Of a stretch of DNA of 64,000 nt, positions 44,690 through 52,700 are shown piece by piece. Below the pieces are notes generated by a model. The model ran no database searches. It saw only the letters and a program-made list of their open reading frames with translations, and was not told where the DNA came from. Source of the stretch: Candidatus Falkowbacteria bacterium GW2011_GWF2_43_32. Its GTDB lineage: Bacteria; Patescibacteriota; Patescibacteriia; Patescibacteriales; UBA12465. The translations under genes and the position numbers were made by a program. The DNA is taken from positions 67,139 to 131,138 of the forward strand of contig LCGL01000001.1 in the NCBI GenBank assembly GCA_000999715.1, written 5' to 3'. Numbering within the stretch: the first letter of the stretch is position 1; each line of letters begins with the position of its first letter.

Positions 44690-45976
44690 ATGCCTCCATT
44701 ATTAGACGTCCCTTTAAAGTATTGCCTGTATGCTAGAAAAAGCACTGAATCAGACGAGCGACAAGCCCTGTCAATTGATTCTCAAGTTAAGGAAATGCTC
44801 CAAATTGCTGAACGGGAAAACTTAGAAATTGTTGATATTCGGAGAGAGTCAAAATCAGCTAAAGACTCTGGTAACCGACCAATATTCAAAGAGCTTATCA
44901 AAGATATAACGGAAGAAAAATTTAACTCTATTATTACTTGGGCACCAGATAGACTATCGAGAAATGCTGGCGACTTAGGATCACTGGTTGATTTAATGGA
45001 TGAGAAAAAATTAATGAGTATTCGCACCTTTGGTCAAACATTTAGTAATTCGCCAAACGAAAAATTTCTGCTCATGATTTTATGTTCTCAAGCTAAACTA
45101 GAAAATGACAACAGAGGCATAAATGTAAAAAGAGGTTTGAGAGCAAGATGTGAAATGGGCTTATGGCCGACTTGTCCGCCAACGGGTTACTTTAAAGAAA
45201 AACGGGTTGATCATAAAGGACAATGCTTAGTGGATCCAGATAGAGGTCACGTTATAAGACAAATGTTTGAAAAAGTCGCTTATGAGAAATGGTCTGGCCG
45301 AAAGATTTATAATTGGTTACGATTTGATTTAAAATTTAGAACAGCTCTGGGTAAAAAACATTTAAGTCTAGGCAATATCTACCGCCTGCTAGAAAATACC
45401 TTCTACTATGGCCCCTTCGAATACCCAAGAGGCAGTGGCAATTGGTATCAGGGAAAACATGAGCCGATAATTACAAAAGAAGTGTTTGATTTGGTTCAGG
45501 ATCAGATGAAAAATTCTCAATTAGTTAGACGAGAAAATATTGAGTTCGCTTTTACTAAAGTCATGACTTGTGGTTTATGTGGTTCAGGAATATCAGCTAC
45601 CGAAAAATTTAAGAAACTAAAAAATGGCGGTTATAACCGTCATATTTATTATGGATGTACTAAAGCGAAAGATAAAAATTGTAAATCTGGCTATATCAGC
45701 GAAGAAGATTTAATTAAGCAATTACAAAAACAGGTTGAGAAATTAGATTTTAAAAAACTACCAGTTCAAGATAAAATTGAAGGAGAGATAAAAAGATTTA
45801 AGAAATTTCAAATGATGGCAACTGGAAAAAATCAAAACATCGACGTAAGTGATGTCGATGTTAAAAATTACATTAAATTTTTGCTAAAAGATGGTGATGA
45901 TCAAGAAAAGCGAGAATTGCTTACATGTTTAAATGGGGAGATTTTATTGAGTAACAAAACAATAACAATTAACTGA
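44690..45976 (+). CDS. large serine recombinase (integrase)
   Basis: 428 aa. Resolvase catalytic N-domain (YARKSTESDERQALSIDSQ, Ser nucleophile context), a recombinase domain, a zinc-ribbon (CGLCGSG...YYGC) and a coiled-coil tail. Confidence 0.9.
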   Translation: MPPLLDVPLKYCLYARKSTESDERQALSIDSQVKEMLQIAERENLEIVDIRRESKSAKDSGNRPIFKELIKDITEEKFNSIITWAPDRLSRNAGDLGSLVDLMDEKKLMSIRTFGQTFSNSPNEKFLLMILCSQAKLENDNRGINVKRGLRARCEMGLWPTCPPTGYFKEKRVDHKGQCLVDPDRGHVIRQMFEKVAYEKWSGRKIYNWLRFDLKFRTALGKKHLSLGNIYRLLENTFYYGPFEYPRGSGNWYQGKHEPIITKEVFDLVQDQMKNSQLVRRENIEFAFTKVMTCGLCGSGISATEKFKKLKNGGYNRHIYYGCTKAKDKNCKSGYISEEDLIKQLQKQVEKLDFKKLPVQDKIEGEIKRFKKFQMMATGKNQNIDVSDVDVKNYIKFLLKDGDDQEKRELLTCLNGEILLSNKTITIN

Positions 45977-45993
45977 TATTATATCTAAAATAT

Positions 45994-46992
45994 TTATTTA
46001 CTTTCTGATAACATTCTAATAATTTTTAATTTTAATTTCTTTTCATTCCCGTGACTAATCATTCCCAGATAAGAACTTAGCGACTCATCTTTGTAGTTAT
46101 TCTCTTTTAATTTCCTAAACATACGTTTTTTAGTTGATCTTCTTAAAACTCGAAATTTAGAAAAACTAGTCCAGCCCAAGAAATCAACACCAGAATTTAT
46201 TGTTTTAATAAAAATTTTATTTGGATGTATTTCTAAATTTAACCTTGCCCCAAGAAAACGCTCAATTACAGGAATTTTATTCTCGAGCCAATCTCTGCTA
46301 TCTGAAAGAATTACAAAATCGTCAGCATATCGAATATAAAAATTTGTCTTAATATGATGCTTAACAAATTGATCAAATTCATTAAGATAAACATTGGCAA
46401 AAAGCTGGGAAGTCAGATTGCCGAGCGGCAAGCCCTTGCTCGTTTCAAAGTTAAAACTATCAATGACTTTTGTTAGTAACCAAATTATGTTCTCGTCTGG
46501 AATGTAACCTTTAATAATATTTATTAATATTTTGTGATCAATGCTAGCAAAAAATTTTCTAATATCCCCTTTAAGCACCCAACAAGATCTCGTATTATTT
46601 TTACTGACTTTTAAAAATAGTTGATTAAATCTGGTAATCGCCTTATGAGTTCCTTTATCTAAGCGACAAGAATAGCTATCAAAAATAAAAGTCCTATCAA
46701 AAAATGGATAGAGCTGGCGATAAATTGCATGATGCAGGAGTCGGTCACGGACAGTAGCTTTATGAATATTTCTAGTTTTAGGATCGTACACCTTAAAAGC
46801 CTTATAACCGCCGTGTTCGTATTTATGATATACTAAATCGTGATGCAGATCTAAAATATTATCCATTAGCCTGGTACGAAATTCTTGCACATCTTTGCGC
46901 TTGCGTTTACCTAACAAAAACTCCTGCCAAGCCTCTAGTAGATTTTCTAAATTTATAATATCTTCAAATTTATGAGTCAATCTAATTTTCAT
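45994..46992 (-). CDS. DGR reverse transcriptase
   Basis: RT motifs include LPLGNLTSQLFANVYL (DGR-type [LIV]GxxxSQ) and YIRYADDFVIL (YxDD). About 332 aa with no maturase or endonuclease extension. The ORF track begins at TTG 47022 and runs through a G15 tract; I place the start at ATG 46992, preceded by AGAGGT. Confidence 0.9.
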   Translation of the reverse strand: MKIRLTHKFEDIINLENLLEAWQEFLLGKRKRKDVQEFRTRLMDNILDLHHDLVYHKYEHGGYKAFKVYDPKTRNIHKATVRDRLLHHAIYRQLYPFFDRTFIFDSYSCRLDKGTHKAITRFNQLFLKVSKNNTRSCWVLKGDIRKFFASIDHKILINIIKGYIPDENIIWLLTKVIDSFNFETSKGLPLGNLTSQLFANVYLNEFDQFVKHHIKTNFYIRYADDFVILSDSRDWLENKIPVIERFLGARLNLEIHPNKIFIKTINSGVDFLGWTSFSKFRVLRRSTKKRMFRKLKENNYKDESLSSYLGMISHGNEKKLKLKIIRMLSESK

Positions 46993-47361
46993 ACCTCTAA
47001 TTCTACCCCCCCCCCCCCCCAAAAATCAAAAGATTCCTACCTATTGTGGCATACCTATTTTAAACTGATACCAAAAGAGCACCGTTTCAGCCTTGGTGTT
47101 AAAATTGATAATATTTTTATTGAAATAATAGAGATGGTTTCTGGGGCTTTATACGTAAACAAAGAAGAAAAGGCGTTATACATAAAGACCGCCATCAGAA
47201 AAACAGATACTTTAAAACTATTATTCCTAATGCTCTGGGAAACTAAATCACTTGATAACAAAAAGTATTTAATGATATCTGAAAAAATTGACGAAATTGG
47301 ACGTATGCTCGGCGGTTGGTTAGGGCAAATTGTAAAACAAAACTCCTCTATCAAAAGATAG
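46972..47361 (+). CDS. Avd-like accessory variability determinant (four-helix-bundle / 23S-rRNA-IVS protein family)
   Basis: Helical ~105-aa core (...KEHRFSLGVKIDNIFIEIIEMV...KLLFLMLWETKSLDNKKY...IDEIGRMLGGWLGQIVKQ) resembles Avd/IVS four-helix proteins. Divergent to the RT. The start is either ATG 46972, reading through the C15 tract as PPPPP, or TTG 47044. Its own terminator hairpin is at 47338-47376. Confidence 0.7.
   Translation: MSQSNFHTSNSTPPPPQKSKDSYLLWHTYFKLIPKEHRFSLGVKIDNIFIEIIEMVSGALYVNKEEKALYIKTAIRKTDTLKLLFLMLWETKSLDNKKYLMISEKIDEIGRMLGGWLGQIVKQNSSIKR
47006..47020. repeat. C15 (G15 on the minus strand) homopolymer
   Basis: Fifteen consecutive C residues counted directly. The tract lies inside the long avd ORF and 14-28 nt upstream of the RT ATG. 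Confidence 0.95.
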
Positions 47362-47377
47362 GGGAGTTTTTTGTGAG

Positions 47378-47507
47378 ACTTGCGAAACGACGAAAGCAAA
47401 CCCGCCGCTACGATCCCACTTGTTATCAGGGTTGTTATAGTTCGTGTTCAACCAAGAACCATTGTCATTGCGATTAGCGTTGAGCAGTTTAGGATCGCCG
47501 TCAGAAT
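47378..47507 (-). repeat. DGR template repeat (TR)
   Basis: 130 nt homologous to both VRs and read on the minus strand. Rich in AAC/AAT codons (translated ...DGDPKLLNANRNDNGSWLNTNYNNPDNKWDRSGGFAFVVSQVS) and not part of a full-length gene. VR differences fall at its adenines. Confidence 0.85.
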
Positions 47508-47747
47508 TATGCAAAATACCGCCCGTTACACTGCCCTTCGAATACTCGAATAGGCTGAATATTATTCGGCATCATAATGCCATAGTGTTTTGCACCAAGT
47601 TTCGTTAAATAACACCATTATTTTACTCTACCTATAGCCTTAGCCGGAGATATTCTCAAAATAGTAGCATTCATCACAGTGGTCATCAACCTTAATCGAT
47701 GACATATTCACTTTAACTGATATTATTTTAGCATATTCATAAATTTT

Positions 47748-47789
47748 ACAAAAAAAAATAACCCCGAATTGCTTGTGCAATCCGAGGTT
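47748..47789 (-). terminator. rho-independent terminator of DGR target gene 2
   Basis: Minus strand AACCTCG-gattgcacaagcaatt-CGGGGTT followed by ATTTTTTTTT. The one stem difference from the paralog becomes a G-U pair. Confidence 0.6.
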
Positions 47790-47841
47790 AAAAATTCAAA
47801 GGGCTAAAAACTAAAGTCTAAAGACTCAAAGAATCAAAAGA

Positions 47842-48495
47842 CTAAGAGTTAGAAACTTGCGAAACGACGAAAGCAAACCCGCCGCTACGACCCCACTTGC
47901 CATCAGGGCTGCTCCAGCCCGCGCCCAACCAAGAACCATCGCCATCGCGAAAAGCGCTGAGCAGCCTAGGATCGCCGCCAGAATCTTTAATTGGTTCATG
48001 CATTGCAACGATCCAATAAAGTCCCATGGCTTCCAGTTCTTTATCAGAAAGCTTCTCTCTGATGAGGCAGGCTACTTCGGCGTTTGGCGTAGAAAATTTG
48101 CGGTTCTTAGCTTCCTTACGGATTGTTTTAGTAATACGATCACTATCGCTGAAGAATTCTCCTTTTAAAACAGCGATTTCGTAAGTAATGCCGCTGGTGG
48201 GTTTAAAGCTTCTTGAGCGTAAAACGCTTTTAGCATAATCTCCAACACGGAAGCCTTTGCCTTCTAAGCGGGCAATCCATTGTTCACCAGTTGTACCATC
48301 TGAAATGACGGAGAAACGAATAACGTTGTCTTTTTCAGTCCACTTAGATTTAATAACTGAGATTTGTAGTTCACCAGAATTCATCATTCTAACCGCTTCT
48401 TCAGGCTCTGTTATACCTGTTTGGGTCATGATGTTTTTTACCATGGCGTTCAATTTGCCAGTTTCGATACCAGAAATTAAAAATTCACTTTTCAT
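47842..48495 (-). CDS. DGR variable (target) protein 2, adjacent to the TR
   Basis: 217 aa, paralog of 32591-33250. The C-terminal region aligns to the TR with changes at TR Asn codons. No signal peptide is evident. Confidence 0.85.
   Translation of the reverse strand: MKSEFLISGIETGKLNAMVKNIMTQTGITEPEEAVRMMNSGELQISVIKSKWTEKDNVIRFSVISDGTTGEQWIARLEGKGFRVGDYAKSVLRSRSFKPTSGITYEIAVLKGEFFSDSDRITKTIRKEAKNRKFSTPNAEVACLIREKLSDKELEAMGLYWIVAMHEPIKDSGGDPRLLSAFRDGDGSWLGAGWSSPDGKWGRSGGFAFVVSQVSNS
47855..47984 (-). repeat. DGR variable region VR2
   Basis: 130 nt aligning with the TR. About 20 mismatches are at TR adenines and 1 elsewhere (TAT to TGG third base) by hand alignment. The 3' 36 nt are identical to the TR. 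Confidence 0.85.
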
Positions 48496-48561
48496 GTAAC
48501 CTCCTTGCGCTATTTTGCGCTATTTTATTTCCCTATTCCGAGAAGGAGCTATAACCATTGT

Positions 48562-48610
48562 GGTCACAGCCAGAAAATGGCTAAATATAAACCATCTTTT
48601 GGCTGTGACC
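48562..48610 (-). promoter_or_regulatory. conserved 5' leader stem-loop of DGR target gene 2
   Basis: Same 10-bp GGTCACAGCC/GGCTGTGACC stem as at 33319-33379, with a shorter apical part. Confidence 0.35.
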
Positions 48611-48651
48611 AATTTCGCAAGCTAGTTTTTAAAGGCCTATTTTATGATGTA

Positions 48652-48680
48652 ATTATATCATAATAGACACATTTTGTCAA
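48652..48680 (-). promoter_or_regulatory. sigma-70-type promoter of DGR target gene 2
   Basis: Minus strand TTGACA-17 nt-TATAAT, at the same position as in the paralog. Confidence 0.6.
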
Positions 48681-48795
48681 CAATAATTGGCAAAAACTAA
48701 GCTTAAATAACAAATATTTATTTAATGTTAGCAATTTTTAAGTATAATGGAACTTAATGAAAACGAGAATTCCTTAAATTCTTAGTCTAAATCTC

Positions 48796-49713
48796 TTAAG
48801 ATTTCTTAATCAATTTTTGATAAGATTGCTCGACTAAACCAAAAACGTAATTCAAATCTTCGGGCTTAGTTAAAATAACCTCGGTTTCTCCTCCACCATG
48901 ATGGCCAATTCCTTCCACGTTTCTAGCCATATTTTTTGGATCTTCCAAATCTTTTTTCCTTATCTCAAGATGAATTTTTATTTTTGACTGCTGATTATGA
49001 ACATAAGCGAATGCATTTTTTAAACGATAGGCGACATAATTTTGCTTAGGTCTTTCTTCTATTGAATCATTAATTGAAAGTATTTTTTCTTTTAAAGCAA
49101 AGAATAAATCTTTTATATCTTGGGGGATATTTAAGTGGTCATCGAGAGTGTAAACCTTTACCTCACTACTAACCTTATCAATGGTTTTATTTTTTGTAAT
49201 TGTTTTAATAGATTCTTTAGAGTCTTGGGATAATAACTGATTATATAAAACTACATCGTCTTCATACATTTTTACTTCCCAGAGTTCTATCGGTAAATCT
49301 TTAAAATTAATAGCATTCATTTGGTAAGAGGTAAATGAATTTGCTACAAAAATAACTTTAGACTGTGACCAGTCAACATCATCTCTTTTTAAATTATTTT
49401 TTGTCCTTTCATTGTATTCTAAAATAAAATCTGACTTGTTATTCAACATTAGAGCCAAATAAGCATAACCCTGATCAATAACACTGAAACTGCGATCTCT
49501 TTTATATTCAATAATTACAAAAGAATTATTTTCTTTATCAAAAGCGAGTGTGTCAATTCTAAAACTGTGTAATGCAAACTCCGTGCTTACAAATTCTAAA
49601 CTAAAGACACAATTTAAATTTGCCTCCGTTAATTTTTGAATATCTCTTTCCAAATCAATACTTTTTTCTTTGATAACAGATAGTGTCGAATTATTTTTTC
49701 TAAAAAGTGGCAT
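48796..49713 (-). CDS. PD-(D/E)XK nuclease-like N-domain plus DUF5655-like C-domain protein
   Basis: 305 aa. IDTLAFD...FVIIEYKR resembles a D...ExK restriction-endonuclease-fold motif. The C-terminal YVAYRLKNAFAYV...IKIHL...GHHGGGETEV pattern resembles DUF5655. Last gene of the Type I R-M cluster. Confidence 0.55.
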   Translation of the reverse strand: MPLFRKNNSTLSVIKEKSIDLERDIQKLTEANLNCVFSLEFVSTEFALHSFRIDTLAFDKENNSFVIIEYKRDRSFSVIDQGYAYLALMLNNKSDFILEYNERTKNNLKRDDVDWSQSKVIFVANSFTSYQMNAINFKDLPIELWEVKMYEDDVVLYNQLLSQDSKESIKTITKNKTIDKVSSEVKVYTLDDHLNIPQDIKDLFFALKEKILSINDSIEERPKQNYVAYRLKNAFAYVHNQQSKIKIHLEIRKKDLEDPKNMARNVEGIGHHGGGETEVILTKPEDLNYVFGLVEQSYQKLIKKS

Positions 49714-49749
49714 AATTATTTAAAATTAAATACAAATAACGCAAACAAA

Positions 49750-52700
49750 TTATAATTTACCTCCAGAAATATCAAAAAATTTTTCAAAGAAATTGGTCAA
49801 CTTAGTTAAAACAGTTTCTCTTTTCTTGCTACGTTCGCCATCTGGAGAAAACCGCGATACAGGCGGCAATACTTTTGTAATTGCCGTACCAGTCGTGGCC
49901 ACATGACCATCACGAAACGCATTTTTTATAAATGAATAAGCGGCGTCACGTTCGAGACCCTCTTTTTCAATAATATGATCTAATTCTTCAACCTTTTTTT
50001 GTTCTACAAATTTTTGCCAATCATCATCGACCACGGAATGAACATCAAGAGAAGTAATAAATTGGTTAATAAGGTCTTTTTTATTTCTAAGCTCAACACT
50101 TGAATCGATTGCCTTGTTAATATCAATTAAAATCTCTCTATTCTTGGTGTGATCTTGGTGATATTTCTTAACAAGACTTAAAACATAGTCGATATTAATT
50201 TCGACTTGCTTAATAAGCTCCATCTCAAAAACGACGTCATCATTAACATTTTCTTTTTCGTTTTCATTAGTCTTGCGGAGTTCATTATACAAATCAATAT
50301 ACATGCTGTGATAATCTTGAATATCATATTCTGTAAAAATTTCATCAGCAGCAAACTCGTCAAAAGTTGTTAAAATATTGCGTAAACGCAAAATATTACT
50401 ATAAAGCTTAATAAATTCTTTTTGAGCTTGCTCACTATCAATTCTAACGCCAACGGGAAATTTCTCCATTAATTCGTCTACTAAACTGGCATATCCTCGA
50501 ACTTCCTTATCGCCATTTTTATAACCGTTGTAATATTCTGCGTATGTTTTAAGTAAAACAATTCCGCATGCTTTTTTATCACCAAAAAGAGCAATAGCTT
50601 CGTTTGTAGCCTTTTCTAAATTTCGAAAACAAACAATATTACCAAAAGTTTTAACGCTATTTAAGATACGATTAGTTCGAGAGTAGGCCTGTAACAAACC
50701 ATGCAAACGCATATTCTTGTCTACCCAAATTGTATTAAGAGTAGTTGCATCGAACCCTGTTAAAAACATATTAACGACAATAAGAATATCTATTTCTCTG
50801 TTCTTCACTCTTTGACTAACATCTTTATAGTAATTTTGAAACTTATCAGACGATGTGTCGTACGAAGTGCCGAACATGGAGTTGTAGTCGACAATAGCAT
50901 TTTCTAAAAAATCTCTGGAACTAACATCTAGACCGCTAGTGTCTTCCGAATTTTCATCAATCATGCCATCAGCATCTTCATCGTTTACTCCAAAACTATA
51001 AATCGTAGCGACTTTAAGTCGCTTATCACTGGGAAGTTCGGCGAACTGTTTTTTAAATTCGGCGTAATATTTCTTAGCTACATCAATAGAAGATACGGCA
51101 AAAATAGAATTAAAGCCTGCCAGTCTTCGGTCTTTAATTTTGTAGAAACTATTTCGCTTTGTCTTTTGATCAAAGTGTTCACAAATATAACTAACGATAT
51201 TTTTTAAACGTTCCGGAGCCGCAAGAATTGCTTCTCGGTCTATATCACTGACTTTTTTGTCTTCAATATTTTCAGCCTCATGAACAGTGGAAATATAATC
51301 CACCTTGAAAGGTAAAACATTTTTATCTGCAATAGCGTTAACAATAGTATATGTATGTAATTTTTCGCCAAAAGCTTGTTCTGTAGTTCTTAAATCTGGG
51401 CGACCACCAGAAGAAGCATTAGCGGCAAAAATAGGTGTACCCGTAAAGCCAAAAAGGTGATAATTATTAAATGCTTTAGTAATTGCTGAATGCATATCGC
51501 CAAACTGACTACGATGGCACTCATCAAAAATAATAACAATATGCCCATTAAAAATAGCATGATTTCCATTACGACCTATAAACCTGTCTAGCTTCTGAAT
51601 GGTTGTAATAATTATTCGGGAATTTGAATCCTCTAACTGTTTTTTTAAGACTGAGGTACTGGTACTGCTATTGGCCGCACCTTTTTCAAATTTATCGTAT
51701 TCACGCATCGTTTGATAATCCAAATCTTTACGATCAACAACAAATAAAACCTTATCAACATAAGATAATTTACTGGCTAGTTGTGCGGTTTTAAAACTCG
51801 TTAAGGTTTTTCCAGAACCAGTGGTATGCCAAATATATCCGCCAGCCTCGATTGTTCCGAGTTTCTTATAATTTGTGCTTACTTCAATTCGACTTAATAT
51901 CTTTTCTGTTGCAACAATTTGATAGGGCCTCATCACTAGCAAAAATCGATCAGTAGTAAATACGCAGTATTTTGTTAAAATATTTAAAAGTGCATGTTTG
52001 GCAAAAAAAGTTTTTGAAAAATCAATAAGGTCAGTGATTGGACTATTTGTTGCATCTGCCCACCAACTAGTAAATTCAAAACTATTACTTGTTCTTTTTC
52101 CTTTTTTAATTGCACCTTCGCTCGACTCTTTAATATGCTCTGAGCGCGTTGTATTACTGTAATATTTTGTGTGTGTTCCGTTGGAAATTATAAATAGCTG
52201 CACATATTCAAAAAGTCCAGAGGAAGCCCAAAAACTCTCTCTTTGATAGCGATTAATCTGATTAAAGGCTTCTTGAATAGCTACTCCACGACGTTTTAAC
52301 TCAATATGCACAAGCGGTAAGCCATTTACGAGAACCGATACGTCGTATCTATTAGCTCGCTGTCCATCTTCAGTGGCGTACTGATTAATAACCTGTAAAC
52401 TATTATCATGAATATTATCTTTTTTAATAAGATAGATATTTTTGATAGATCCGTCATCACGAGTTAAATTTTTTATATGATCCTCTTGTATTATTGATGT
52501 TTTGTCTTCAATGCTTTGATTTGGGTTTGATATCTCGTTTGCAAAAAAACGATCCCATTCAGAATCAGTAAAAGTAAACTCGTTTAGCTTTTCTAATTGT
52601 TTTCGTAAATTACTAATAAGATCGCCATCTGAAGTAATTGCTACATAATCATAACCCTGAGCTTCTAGCTGCTTAATAAATGCACCTTCAAGTTCAGCCT

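Larger units (their letters stand above)
40074..45976. mobile_element. prophage remnant or phage-satellite-like module (repressor switch, ParB-methylase, TerS, TerL, large serine recombinase)
   Basis: The gene set and order are phage-like, but no portal, capsid, tail or lysis genes are present anywhere in the window. Confidence 0.55.
45994..48495. mobile_element. diversity-generating retroelement cassette (RT, Avd, TR, adjacent target with VR)
   Basis: See the component features. All four canonical DGR parts are present within 2.5 kb. Confidence 0.85.
47705..48681 (-). repeat. right copy of the ~1-kb diverged direct repeat (DGR target gene unit)
   Basis: Colinear with 32452-33450 (promoter, leader stem, CDS, terminator, downstream flank). 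Confidence 0.8.

Noticed and set aside
40074-45976. Intact prophage.
   Set aside because: Only regulatory, methylase, terminase and recombinase genes are present. No portal, capsid, tail or lysis genes occur in the window, so I call it a remnant or satellite-like module.
45994-47022. Reverse transcriptase as a group II intron or retron RT.
   Set aside because: There is no maturase (X) or En domain extension, and I saw no intron domain V/VI-like RNA or msr/msd-type inverted repeats. The [LIV]GxxxSQ motif together with an adjacent TR/VR pair and Avd fits a DGR. Also, the ORF-track start (TTG through the G15 tract, MGGGGG...) was replaced by ATG 46992.
47320-47514. 64-aa ORF (MHNSDGDPKLLNANRNDNGSWLNTNYNNPDNKW...) that looks like a truncated paralog of the target genes.
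   Set aside because: It starts at a non-ATG codon, lacks the ~170-aa N-terminal body and has no promoter, leader or terminator unit. It is Asn-codon-rich exactly where the two full genes vary. It is best read as the DGR template repeat, not a CDS or pseudogene.
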